A DNA stretch of 64,000 bases from the IMG/VR virus record IMGVR_UViG_3300023179_000021, positions 64,001 to 128,000 of that record. One strand, written 5' to 3'. Made by a program: the position numbers and the translations under genes. Positions 37,750 to 47,460 of this stretch are shown here, piece after piece. Every line of letters starts with the position of its first letter. Within the stretch, counting starts at the first letter, position 1. The notes beneath the pieces are model-generated. The model did no database searches, was not told the DNA's origin, and saw only the letters and a program-made list of their open reading frames with translations. This DNA is from a virus.

Positions 37750-38622
37750 ATGAAAGACATTGTGATTGGATGCATCACCAACTATAATTTTGACAAAATA
37801 AAACACTGGGTCAATTCATTAGACCGAAGTGGTTTTGATGGTATTAAAGTTATGCTTTGTTACAGTATTGAATATGCTGTAGTTGAAGAATTAACAAAAC
37901 GAAATTATACCATTTTTGCATTTGGTCAAAACAAAGAAAATGGTAATTTATTTTACAAACATCCTAACGAACGGTCATTTAATATTTGTTTAGACCGGTT
38001 TGCACATATTCCATTTTTTCTCAATCGCCTTGAAAACAAAGATCAATATCGTTATGTTATTGCTACCGATGTAAGAGATGTAATATTTCAAAGTAACCCA
38101 TCAGAGTGGCTTGAGAAAAATGTTGGCGATAAAAAAATTAATGTGGCCTCTGAATCATTAACGTATGAAAATGAATCATGGGGTAAAAACAATATGAAAT
38201 TATCTTTTGGTCCATTAATTTATGAACGAATGAAAAATAAACTCATCTACAATGCTGGCACAATTTCTGGCGAATTTAATACAATGCTCGACCTAATGAC
38301 AAATATTTTTCTTTCGTGTGGCGGAGCACCAGCACATGTAGCTGGCGGCGGTGGTCCCGATCAAGCAGCCTTAAATGTTCTACTTGACATGACACCGTAT
38401 AAAGAAATCACCAATTTCGCAATGAGTGAAGATGGGTATGCTGCACAACTTGGTACAACAGGTTATCAGACGAAAGACAAATATGGCCAGCATTTAGTTG
38501 AAAAAGCACCAATAATGGTAAAAGATTTGGTGTGTACGAGCACAGGAAAACCATTTGCGCTTGTTCATCAATATGACCGAGTGCCCGAATGGAAAGAAAT
38601 TATAGAGAGAAAATATGACTAA
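37750..38622 (+). CDS. Glycosyltransferase (GT-A)
   Basis: TDVRDVIFQSNP, YNAG, DQAALN and VHQYDR motifs. Confidence 0.75.
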   Translation: MKDIVIGCITNYNFDKIKHWVNSLDRSGFDGIKVMLCYSIEYAVVEELTKRNYTIFAFGQNKENGNLFYKHPNERSFNICLDRFAHIPFFLNRLENKDQYRYVIATDVRDVIFQSNPSEWLEKNVGDKKINVASESLTYENESWGKNNMKLSFGPLIYERMKNKLIYNAGTISGEFNTMLDLMTNIFLSCGGAPAHVAGGGGPDQAALNVLLDMTPYKEITNFAMSEDGYAAQLGTTGYQTKDKYGQHLVEKAPIMVKDLVCTSTGKPFALVHQYDRVPEWKEIIERKYD

Positions 38623-39346
38623 TTTGATATTTTGCCCTGTAGGCATACCACTTGAATTTCATCCGACCTATGATAAAGAAAATCATTGGCGATATACAAA
38701 ACCAGAAAGAAATTATGAAGTGTTTGCCTACCAATATAATGATTTTGAAATACCTCAAGGTACCTATGACTACAAAGGATGGGGTAAAGGGTGGAAATGG
38801 CAAATTGCAAGCCAGTTTTTAGAAATGTTAGATCACACGCAATACGAATACATCGGTTTCTGGGATGATGATTTAGTTACCGATATAAAAAGTATGAATC
38901 GAGCCTTAGAAATTGCAAAAGAAACCGGTATGAAATTGTTTCAGTTATCAACAGTTGCTGGCGCTGATTCTACACACCAAATTCTACATCAACAACCAAA
39001 TGTCAAATATACAACGACAAATGTGCTTGAAGGTATGGGTCCATTTGTTCATTCATCATTAATACCGACACTTAAAAGTTTTTGGAAATACCATGAAGTT
39101 AAAAGTGGATGGGGTTTTGATTTAATTATGCCGAATATACTTAAAACTAAAGCTGGTATCATACATGAAGTTTCGATGTATCATCCAGCAAAACCAAGTT
39201 ACTATGATAAAAATGCAGCTTTCTCTGAAATGTATCAAATATACAATGAAATTTATCCGAAGTTTATGAAGGATACATATAATGAGGACTGTAAACCTTG
39301 GAATGAACCGCACCGTGAATATGAAGTAGTTTTTAAAGGAATTTAA
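38615..39346 (+). CDS. Glycosyltransferase-like protein (DUF707-like)
   Basis: YEYIGFWDDDL and SGWGFD motifs. Confidence 0.6.
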   Translation: MTNLIFCPVGIPLEFHPTYDKENHWRYTKPERNYEVFAYQYNDFEIPQGTYDYKGWGKGWKWQIASQFLEMLDHTQYEYIGFWDDDLVTDIKSMNRALEIAKETGMKLFQLSTVAGADSTHQILHQQPNVKYTTTNVLEGMGPFVHSSLIPTLKSFWKYHEVKSGWGFDLIMPNILKTKAGIIHEVSMYHPAKPSYYDKNAAFSEMYQIYNEIYPKFMKDTYNEDCKPWNEPHREYEVVFKGI

Positions 39347-40459
39347 ATGGAAGTTGTAAACATCAGTAAACTCAAAAAGAAAAAACAAAAACTCGTAGAA
39401 GAAAAAGTACAAGGCCGCACATACACTAGTAACCATGTAAAACTACTTAAGCATCTCGACCGTCTTAAAATAATCCAAGATGGTGGCCGACCAAAGCCTG
39501 TGATGTTTCACATGTCACCCTGCAATCCCTGTAATTTGACTTGTTCTTTTTGTTGTTTTGCAAATCGTAATCTAAAAGAAATGCTTACACTAGCACAAAT
39601 GAAAAAGGCTATCGACCAATTTGTAGAACTCGGTGTCAGTGGCATGGAATTGACCGGTGGTGGTGAACCTCTACTTCATCCAAAAATCAATGATGTAATT
39701 AAATATGCTCATTCAAAGGGCTTGAAAATTGGTATTGTAACTAATGGATCAATTTTAAAACGTGTTAAAGTTTGGGACATGGTTTCTTGGGTTCGACTTG
39801 GTATGTATGGTTTCGATGAGGGTTATGATTATGACCTCTCGGTATTTGATGGTATTGATACAATTGAAATTTCGGCAGCTTATGTTTGGGATGGCGCACT
39901 TGAAACATCTACAAATCCAAATGTAACTGGTAATTGGACCAATCTAGAAAAGAAAATTCTCTCAAAGAATTTTTATAAAGAAGAAAACTTTTTTCGTATG
40001 CTAAAGTGGATTGAAGAGAAAAAAATTCCAACTCGTATTGCTTTTAATGCCATCAAAGATCCACAAGAAACGATGAAAGATATTGAAAAGATTCGTAGTC
40101 TTTTGGCGAAACATGAGGCAGAAAATGGTCCTCTAAAACATGCCTTTTTATCTGATTTTAATTTCAAAGGTGTTCGTCGTAATGATAATTGTTATATGCA
40201 CATGGTTAAACCTTGTGTTTTTACTGATGGTAATGTGTATGTTTGTCCTTCGGCCGAACTTGCACCAGAGAATAATTATCATGTAAACGATAAATTCAAA
40301 CTATGCGACATCGATGGCATTTTGGATTTTTATAATTCTCAAGTTGGTGGACCAGATGTTTCTCGTAGGCACCATGATTGTTCATTTTGTAAATATGCAT
40401 ATCAAAACGAATTAATTGATGATGTTGTTACTGAATTAAAACACACAGAATTTGCTTAG
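39347..40459 (+). CDS. Radical SAM enzyme with a C-terminal SPASM/twitch-like domain
   Basis: CNLTCSFC, TGGGEP, TNG, DGNVYVCP and CSFC motifs. Confidence 0.88.
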   Translation: MEVVNISKLKKKKQKLVEEKVQGRTYTSNHVKLLKHLDRLKIIQDGGRPKPVMFHMSPCNPCNLTCSFCCFANRNLKEMLTLAQMKKAIDQFVELGVSGMELTGGGEPLLHPKINDVIKYAHSKGLKIGIVTNGSILKRVKVWDMVSWVRLGMYGFDEGYDYDLSVFDGIDTIEISAAYVWDGALETSTNPNVTGNWTNLEKKILSKNFYKEENFFRMLKWIEEKKIPTRIAFNAIKDPQETMKDIEKIRSLLAKHEAENGPLKHAFLSDFNFKGVRRNDNCYMHMVKPCVFTDGNVYVCPSAELAPENNYHVNDKFKLCDIDGILDFYNSQVGGPDVSRRHHDCSFCKYAYQNELIDDVVTELKHTEFA

Positions 40460-40467
40460 GAATTATT

Positions 40468-41082
40468 ATGCGTGAACTATTTGATGAAAAATATTTTGAA
40501 GATGGTGTTCGTAATCGTGTAAGTGCTTATGAAAATTATCGATGGATGCCCGAAAGAACAATTCGTGAGGCCTCTTCAATCATTAATAATATATCATTTG
40601 AAAATGTATTAGATTATGGATGTGCCAAAGGTTTTATGGTTTATGCATTAAGGCTTTTAGGTAAACAAGCTCATGGTGTTGACATTTCTGATTATGCTAT
40701 AAAAAATTGCCATCAAGCTGTGAAAAAATACGTTAGTGTAGTTGATGACATTGAACAAATTACTGGTGGTTGGGATTTAATTATTGCAAAAGATGTGCTT
40801 GAACACACCACGAAAGAAAATGTTCCATTGATTTTAGAATCTTTTCGAACCAGAACAAAACAACTTTTTGTTGTTGTACCACTTGGTGATGGTAAAAGAT
40901 TTCGTATTCGTGAGTATGAAATGGATGTAACTCATATCATTCGTGAACCGGAAGAATGGTGGCTTACAACAATTGTAAATGCGGGCTTTAAAATTAAATT
41001 TTTTGATTATCAATTTTATCATGTTAAGGCCAATTGGACAAACACACATTTACATGGTAATGCATTTATCGTAGCTGAATAA
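40468..41082 (+). CDS. Class I SAM methyltransferase
   Basis: VLDYGCAKG, GVDIS and DVLEH motifs. Confidence 0.85.
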   Translation: MRELFDEKYFEDGVRNRVSAYENYRWMPERTIREASSIINNISFENVLDYGCAKGFMVYALRLLGKQAHGVDISDYAIKNCHQAVKKYVSVVDDIEQITGGWDLIIAKDVLEHTTKENVPLILESFRTRTKQLFVVVPLGDGKRFRIREYEMDVTHIIREPEEWWLTTIVNAGFKIKFFDYQFYHVKANWTNTHLHGNAFIVAE

Positions 41083-41087
41083 TTTAA

Positions 41088-41633
41088 ATGAAACTTATAT
41101 TATTCAGTGGTGGAGTTGAAAGCACTGCACTTTTAACTATGTCTAAAAAAGAAGATTTAATTTTAATTTGTGAATGTCCTAGAGAAGATTATGTAAAAAA
41201 TGATGTTAATTGGGATAATTGCAGAAAAATTGTTAATTATTTTGGAAATGAATCAATAGAATTTAAATTTCCAACAACAATAAAAGGCACAAAATGGGTG
41301 CATCAAATTAATTGGTTCATTTTTATTAGCCACTTAATTGCAGAAAGTCGAGGAGATATTTCAGAAGTTTGGTGGGGTATGCATCATGATGAATCCCACA
41401 AAATAAAAACTCATACAATAGAAAGACGCCGCATACTTGAAAAATGTATGACAGCTTGGAGAGTTTTGCAACCAAAAATCAAATTTCAAATACCTTTAGA
41501 ATTTATGCCAAAAAAACAACAATGGAATTTAATTCCTGAAGAAATTAAACCTTTAGTTAATAGTTGTTTATATGGAAATAAATGTGGGAATTGTAACAAA
41601 TGTGCAGAAGTTAAAACATTAGTTGGAGTATAA
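41088..41633 (+). CDS. QueC-like PP-loop ATPase
   Basis: LFSGGVES and SC...CGNCNKC motifs. Confidence 0.65.
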   Translation: MKLILFSGGVESTALLTMSKKEDLILICECPREDYVKNDVNWDNCRKIVNYFGNESIEFKFPTTIKGTKWVHQINWFIFISHLIAESRGDISEVWWGMHHDESHKIKTHTIERRRILEKCMTAWRVLQPKIKFQIPLEFMPKKQQWNLIPEEIKPLVNSCLYGNKCGNCNKCAEVKTLVGV

Positions 41634-41635
41634 AA

Positions 41636-42217
41636 ATGATCCATTTTTATGAAAGAATACATGGTTTTTTTGATTATGAAAAACTTTATGATTTCATCGT
41701 CAAAAATGTGCCCGACAATCAAAAAGAAAAAATGGTTGAGGTTGGTGTATGGAAAGGGAAGTCTGTTTCATATATTGCCGTAGAAATTATTAAATCACAG
41801 AAAAATATGACAATAGATGCTGTAGATTCTTGGGAAACAGCTGAAGGTTGGACAAATGAGCAATATTTAATAGATATGGTAAAAAATGAAGATGTTTATG
41901 AACAGTTCGTTAATAATATAGAGCCAGTGAAACATATTGTAATGCCAATAAAAATGAAAAGTGTGGAAGCTTCAAAAACATATGAAGATAACAGTTTATT
42001 TTTTGTTTTTATAGATGGCAATCATACTTATGAATCAACCAAAGAAGATATTTTATCTTGGTTACCAAAAGTAAAAATTGGTGGTTATATTGGTGGCCAT
42101 GATTTTGATAATGAAGAATGGCCTGGAGTTCGGCAAGCAGTGGAAGAAACAGTAGAAGTTAAAAATATTGGAATTTATACTGGCTGGACAAATAGTTGGT
42201 TATATCATAAAAAATAA
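41636..42217 (+). CDS. Class I methyltransferase (Methyltransf_24-like)
   Basis: VEVGVWKGKS, FIDGNHTYE and GGHDF motifs. Confidence 0.8.
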   Translation: MIHFYERIHGFFDYEKLYDFIVKNVPDNQKEKMVEVGVWKGKSVSYIAVEIIKSQKNMTIDAVDSWETAEGWTNEQYLIDMVKNEDVYEQFVNNIEPVKHIVMPIKMKSVEASKTYEDNSLFFVFIDGNHTYESTKEDILSWLPKVKIGGYIGGHDFDNEEWPGVRQAVEETVEVKNIGIYTGWTNSWLYHKK

Positions 42218-42232
42218 TAATAGGAAATAATT

Positions 42233-43135
42233 ATGAAAAGTATTGTAACAGGTGGTTCTGGTTTTATTGGCTCACACATTGTTGATAAATTAATTGAACT
42301 TGGCCATGAAGTAATTGTAATTGACAACGAAAGTGCCATAGTTCATGATAATTTTTATTATAATGAAATGGCTCATTATCATAATGTAGATATTGCCGAT
42401 TATACAGGCATTCGTTCACTGTTTGAAGGCGTTGATTATGTTTTTCATTTAGCCGCTGAATCTCGTATTCAGCCAACTATTGATAATCCGCTACTTTGTT
42501 TTAATACAAATATCTATGGCACTGGAGTTGTTTTGCAATGTGCTCGTGAAGCTAAATGTAAAAAATTTATATTTTCTTCAACATCTTCCGCCTACGGCTT
42601 AACAAATCAACCACCACTTGAAGAAACGATGCGAGAAGATTGTTTAAACCCATATTCTGTTGCTAAAGTTGCTGGTGAGAAGATGTGCAAGATGTATAAT
42701 GATTTGTTTGGTTTAAAAACAATTATTCTTCGCTATTTTAATGTTTACGGTCCCAGAGAACCACTAAAAGGCCCATATGCACCAGTTGTTGGCCTTTTTC
42801 TTCGTCAAAAAAGAAACGGCGAAGCTTTAACAATTATTGGTGATGGTCTACAAAGTCGAGATTTTACACATGTTGATGATGTTGTTGAAGCTAATGTCCG
42901 TGCGATGAACTATGATGGCGTGTTTCATGGCAGTATTTTTAATGTGGGCACAGGCAGAAGTCATTCGGTTTTAAAATTGGCACAAATGATTTCTGACACC
43001 GTTCGTTTTATACCACAAAGACAAGGTGAAGCTCGTCAAACATTGGCTAAAACAAATAAGATTTATACAGAATTTAATTGGAAACCAAACAAAACAATTG
43101 AAGATTATATTCGTGAACAATTAAATACTAAATAG
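42233..43135 (+). CDS. NAD-dependent nucleotide-sugar epimerase/dehydratase
   Basis: TGGSGFIG, YSVAK (YxxxK), RYFNVYGP and RDFTHV motifs. Confidence 0.92.
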   Translation: MKSIVTGGSGFIGSHIVDKLIELGHEVIVIDNESAIVHDNFYYNEMAHYHNVDIADYTGIRSLFEGVDYVFHLAAESRIQPTIDNPLLCFNTNIYGTGVVLQCAREAKCKKFIFSSTSSAYGLTNQPPLEETMREDCLNPYSVAKVAGEKMCKMYNDLFGLKTIILRYFNVYGPREPLKGPYAPVVGLFLRQKRNGEALTIIGDGLQSRDFTHVDDVVEANVRAMNYDGVFHGSIFNVGTGRSHSVLKLAQMISDTVRFIPQRQGEARQTLAKTNKIYTEFNWKPNKTIEDYIREQLNTK

Positions 43136-43169
43136 AGAATCAAATAACAATACTGCTGTAGAGGCGGAA

Positions 43170-46082
43170 ATGAGATTCCTAGAGTTCTTAATTGAACAAA
43201 AAGAAAAACATGCAGTTTTAGCTTTTGGTCGTATGAATCCAATTACGACGGGGCATGAAAAACTAGTTGAAGCTGTTAAATCCATAGCGAAAAAGTATGG
43301 TGCAACGCCATATATTGTAGTTTCACATTCGCAAGATTCAAAGAAAAACCCACTTTCGGCTCAACAAAAACTCCAGTACGCTAAAAAGTTCTTTCTTGGC
43401 GTAAACTTTTCAGCTTCAGATAAAGTGTCACCAAATATTTTTTCTCAAGCTTCAAAACTTTACAAAATGGGATATACTCATCTTCATGTTGTTGGTGGTT
43501 CTGATCGTGTCGATGAATATAAAAATATCATGAACAAATATAATAATGTTAAAGGTTCTCATGGTTTTTATAATTTTAAAAACATTATGGTTCATTCAGC
43601 TGGTGAAAGAGATCCTGATGCGAAGGGCACTGAGGGCATGTCAGCATCAAAAATGCGTGAAGCTGCTAAAAACAATGATTTTAAAACATTTCGCAAAGGT
43701 GTTCCAAGTCATGCTACAGAATCGGATGCAAAAGGATTATTTAATGATGTAAGACATGGAATGGGTCTTAAAGAGAGTATTGATTTTGATTTTGAAGAAA
43801 TGTTTTTAGAGGGTGTCCATGATAAAAGTATTTTCAAGGCCGTTTTTCTTGCCGGTGGTCCAGGGTCTGGTAAAGATTATGTACTAGACAATACATTAAG
43901 TGGCCATGGGTTGACCGAGATTAATTCGGATAAAGCCTTTGAATATCTCATGGACAAAAAGAATTTAGATATGAAAATGCCCGAAAGTGAGAAAGAAGCT
44001 CGTGATGTTGTTCGTGGTAGAGCTAAATCTATGACTGAACTACGCGAAAGATTAGCTCTTCTTGGTCGTAATGGTGTAATTATCAATGGCACTGGTGATG
44101 ACCCAGAAAAAATCGCAAGAATTAAACAACGTCTTGAGCAAATTGGCTATGAAACAAGAATGATTATGGTAAATACTCGTGATGAAGTTTCGGCATCAAG
44201 AAATGTAGAAAGGGGGCAACGTGGTGGTCGTACAGTGCCAGAAAAGATTCGTAAACAAAAGTGGGATTCTGTGCAGGCTGCCAGGCCAGAACTCGCTAAA
44301 CTTTTTGGTGATAATTATACTGAATTTGATAACTCGGAAGATTTAAGAACAGCCAGACCCGAGATTGTACAACAAAAGAAACAAGAAATGTTGGATCTTT
44401 ATAAAAGTGTACAAAAATTTGTAACAAAACCACCCAAAAATGATGTGTCAAAAGAATGGATTGCAAGCGAATTACAGAAAGCCGATGTACAAAAAATTGA
44501 TACGAAGAAAGAAGTAGCGCCACATGAAGGATCCAAAGCAGCAGAAGAGGCACGAAGAATGGGCCTTAAATATTATGGTTTTGGCCGATATGGAAAAGAT
44601 GGTAAAGTAACTCATCGTGTTATACATGATAAATTGACCGATGTAAGTAAATCTGCTCAACAAGAACCTGCTGCAAGAGAAGCTATAAGAACAATTGCAG
44701 CGGCTGGTTCAAGTGGTTCAAATATTACTCCAAGGCAAAAAGAAAAACTTAAAACACTTATGAGTAAATCGAAATTGCCAAAATTAAAAGAAGAAAATGA
44801 ACCAAGAATACCTAAAAAACCTGGGCAACCAGATAAGTCGGATAAACATTCTGATTTATATACCGATGAAGAACCAAGAGGTACGATTCATGGGTTGAAA
44901 TTTGCTACAAAAGAAGATGCTGAAGAAAGTGTAAGAAAAATTAAATCAAGTGATCGTTCACATGCACATAAAATACAAGCAGCTGTTGCTATGGAGCAAA
45001 GAGCAAGAGTTATGGGTAAAGATTCTGCAGCTGCCGTTTATCGAAAGTTTATAAATTCTATGAAAGAATCATTTGAAAATACTGATGAAGAATTCGAAAA
45101 TTTATTTTCTGAAGATTTGCGTCAATGGTTTAACCCATCTCATCCAAAAGGTGGTTGGAAAAGAGTTAACAGTAAAGGTGAAGTTATTGGTCCTTGTGCT
45201 CGTGAACCTGGTGAGGGTAAACCAAAATGTTTATCTAATGAAAAAATTGGTAGTTTATCTAAAAAAGAACGTGCTGCGGCTTTTCGTGCAAAAAGAAAGT
45301 ATGATCCAAATCCAGAACGCCAAGGTAAACCAATTAATGTATCAAACTTTGGCAAAGGTAAATTATCAGAATCTTATGATTTGACAGATTCAAGCGCACT
45401 TAATATTTTACTCTTAGGTAATCGTATTGATGAAATTGATTTAGACGATAACTATATACAGTTTGAAGAAAAAAAATATTTAAAAGATTCTAGCGGAAAA
45501 ATTCGTGTGTTTATGTTACGAAGAGCCGCAACAAAAGAAGCACACACTAAAAACGGAACAGTCATACCATATAAAAATGGTTATATTGTCCAACTAAACG
45601 AGGAGACTTATCATGGGAATTCTACAATTCCTGAAAGACATATTTTGGGTGAACAAATCGAACTCAGAGAAACCACATCCGCTGGACCCACTTACTTTAC
45701 CGAAACAAGAGCCCGCCTTAGAGAGTACGCCGAGCTTACCACAGGTCAAGAATATGCCAGAGGAGAAGGAATCACCAGTGCCGGAACAGAAGCGCCAGCC
45801 GCAGGCACAAAAATCACCCTCGCCAAAATCAGGCAACGGCAGAAGGAAGCCAAAGTCAAAGAATCTATCGACAAGGGCATAGAACCGGGTCTTTCAATGT
45901 CGGCTTCTGGTGAAAATGCTGGGCGACCATCTTTAAAAACAAAACAAAATAAAAAACCTTTTGAAGAGGCAATTGGTGCTGGTGGTGAAGATGCAAATTC
46001 AATTGGTGCTAAAAAAGAAGATGAACTAAAAAAAGTGGGAATTAGTTTAACAACATTCAAAGCAAAAAGGCCAATAGGATGA
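43170..46082 (+). CDS. Multidomain late protein: cytidylyltransferase-like + P-loop (zeta-like) kinase + small modules
   Basis: AFGRMNPITTGH...MSASKMR; LAGGPGSGK; N-terminal MRFLEFLIE; late-promoter variant ACTAAATA at 43127. Confidence 0.8.
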   Translation: MRFLEFLIEQKEKHAVLAFGRMNPITTGHEKLVEAVKSIAKKYGATPYIVVSHSQDSKKNPLSAQQKLQYAKKFFLGVNFSASDKVSPNIFSQASKLYKMGYTHLHVVGGSDRVDEYKNIMNKYNNVKGSHGFYNFKNIMVHSAGERDPDAKGTEGMSASKMREAAKNNDFKTFRKGVPSHATESDAKGLFNDVRHGMGLKESIDFDFEEMFLEGVHDKSIFKAVFLAGGPGSGKDYVLDNTLSGHGLTEINSDKAFEYLMDKKNLDMKMPESEKEARDVVRGRAKSMTELRERLALLGRNGVIINGTGDDPEKIARIKQRLEQIGYETRMIMVNTRDEVSASRNVERGQRGGRTVPEKIRKQKWDSVQAARPELAKLFGDNYTEFDNSEDLRTARPEIVQQKKQEMLDLYKSVQKFVTKPPKNDVSKEWIASELQKADVQKIDTKKEVAPHEGSKAAEEARRMGLKYYGFGRYGKDGKVTHRVIHDKLTDVSKSAQQEPAAREAIRTIAAAGSSGSNITPRQKEKLKTLMSKSKLPKLKEENEPRIPKKPGQPDKSDKHSDLYTDEEPRGTIHGLKFATKEDAEESVRKIKSSDRSHAHKIQAAVAMEQRARVMGKDSAAAVYRKFINSMKESFENTDEEFENLFSEDLRQWFNPSHPKGGWKRVNSKGEVIGPCAREPGEGKPKCLSNEKIGSLSKKERAAAFRAKRKYDPNPERQGKPINVSNFGKGKLSESYDLTDSSALNILLLGNRIDEIDLDDNYIQFEEKKYLKDSSGKIRVFMLRRAATKEAHTKNGTVIPYKNGYIVQLNEETYHGNSTIPERHILGEQIELRETTSAGPTYFTETRARLREYAELTTGQEYARGEGITSAGTEAPAAGTKITLAKIRQRQKEAKVKESIDKGIEPGLSMSASGENAGRPSLKTKQNKKPFEEAIGAGGEDANSIGAKKEDELKKVGISLTTFKAKRPIG
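45613..45882 (+). CDS. Putative overprinted small gene in another frame inside 43170..46082
   Basis: AGGAG at 45601-45605, 7 nt before the ATG; amphipathic start MGILQFLKDIFW; Pro/Lys-rich tail. Confidence 0.5.
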   Translation: MGILQFLKDIFWVNKSNSEKPHPLDPLTLPKQEPALESTPSLPQVKNMPEEKESPVPEQKRQPQAQKSPSPKSGNGRRKPKSKNLSTRA

Positions 46083-46777
46083 AAAACTTTAAAACATTTA
46101 TAACAGAAGGTCGCCCTTCACAGAGACACCCACTAGAGGGCCATGATTATCATAAGAAAACTGATGCTCAACTAGAATATATTGCTAAAGACGCACACAA
46201 GGCTGCTGAGGCCATGAAAGGTCACAACACACAGGCAGAAAACAAGTATCGTGACCAGGCCAATGATTCAGCAACCGTAAGATACTGGCGCAAGAAAAAT
46301 GGTATGCCTGACTGGTATAAGAAAAAATACGGTCACATGAAAGAAGAAGTAGAACAAATTGATGAAATGGATAAATCACAACCTTCTTCAAGTCGTGGTG
46401 CTGAAGGATTACCATTAGGTAAAAAAGCAATCCCAGTTAAAACTGATAAAGTTAAATCTGATGCGCTAAAAGTATTGCAGAAACAATACAAAAAAGTAAA
46501 AGAAGAAATTGAAATCGAAGAAGATTGGCAAAAAGTAAATAAGGCCGATAAAACCGATGGTCTCTCACAGAAGGCCGTAGATGCTTATCGCCGTGAGAAT
46601 CCGGGTTCTAAACTTCAAACAGCTGTAACTGAAAAGAACCCAACAGGTAAACGAGCAGCACGCCGTAAATCATTTTGTTCTCGGATGGGCGGTATGAAGA
46701 AACGATTAACAAACCCGGAAAATGCTCGTGATCCGGATAGCCCAATCAACAAGGCTCTACGCCGCTGGAATTGCTAA
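46079..46777 (+). CDS. Modular basic internal-head-like protein
   Basis: MKNFKTFITE leader; RRKSFCSRM...SPINKALRRWNC module. Confidence 0.65.
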   Translation: MKNFKTFITEGRPSQRHPLEGHDYHKKTDAQLEYIAKDAHKAAEAMKGHNTQAENKYRDQANDSATVRYWRKKNGMPDWYKKKYGHMKEEVEQIDEMDKSQPSSSRGAEGLPLGKKAIPVKTDKVKSDALKVLQKQYKKVKEEIEIEEDWQKVNKADKTDGLSQKAVDAYRRENPGSKLQTAVTEKNPTGKRAARRKSFCSRMGGMKKRLTNPENARDPDSPINKALRRWNC

Positions 46778-46780
46778 TAA

Positions 46781-47437
46781 ATGACACAATTTAGTACACA
46801 AACTGACGATTTTTTAAACAATAATCGTAATATTTATGAAGTGATGTATTTAGCTAACAATGCCAATGGTGACATTGTATCAACCGTAAATCCTTTACCA
46901 GTAAAAGTTTTAAATACAATAACAGTAATTACTGAAGAAGAATCTGGTAATTTATTTGCATTTAATAATCATTCATTACATTCAAATCGTGGTTGGACTA
47001 TGGATGATAACATGCGACCAGTTATGAGTTTTAGAGTTTCTAATACAGCGACAACAATAACAGACTTAGCTGAAATATTTGAGTATCAACTAGGAAATAA
47101 TAATGCTAACCAAAGCACAATAGTTTATGAATGGTATGAAGGTGATTTAACGATTTCTGGCGCTTCTATCCCAAATTGGATTTCAGTTGGAACAAAATGT
47201 GAATATAGAATATATGAAGACAAATATAGTTCTAATACTGGAAACAGTTTTACAGCAAATACCGGTATATTAAGACATTCAGGAATTGTAATTGGTAAAA
47301 ATGCTGACGGTGATAATTTGGATATTTCATTGTTTGGTGGAGCTACACCGAATATGGTAACATTGTGTATGAAAAGAGTGGATTCTTCAACTAAACTTGA
47401 TGTTTGGTTCGCATTTAATATAAAAGAATTAACATAA
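46781..47437 (+). CDS. Hypothetical beta-rich structural protein
   Basis: VSTVNPLPV motif; late region. Confidence 0.55.
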   Translation: MTQFSTQTDDFLNNNRNIYEVMYLANNANGDIVSTVNPLPVKVLNTITVITEEESGNLFAFNNHSLHSNRGWTMDDNMRPVMSFRVSNTATTITDLAEIFEYQLGNNNANQSTIVYEWYEGDLTISGASIPNWISVGTKCEYRIYEDKYSSNTGNSFTANTGILRHSGIVIGKNADGDNLDISLFGGATPNMVTLCMKRVDSSTKLDVWFAFNIKELT

Positions 47438-47460
47438 AAATAAAAACTCAGGAGAAACAA

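Noticed and set aside
39347-41633. 7-deazaguanine DNA modification pathway (QueC/QueE)
   Set aside because: No FolE, QueD or DpdA is visible in the window, the radical SAM protein is longer than QueE with an extra Cys domain, and the context is sugar enzymes.
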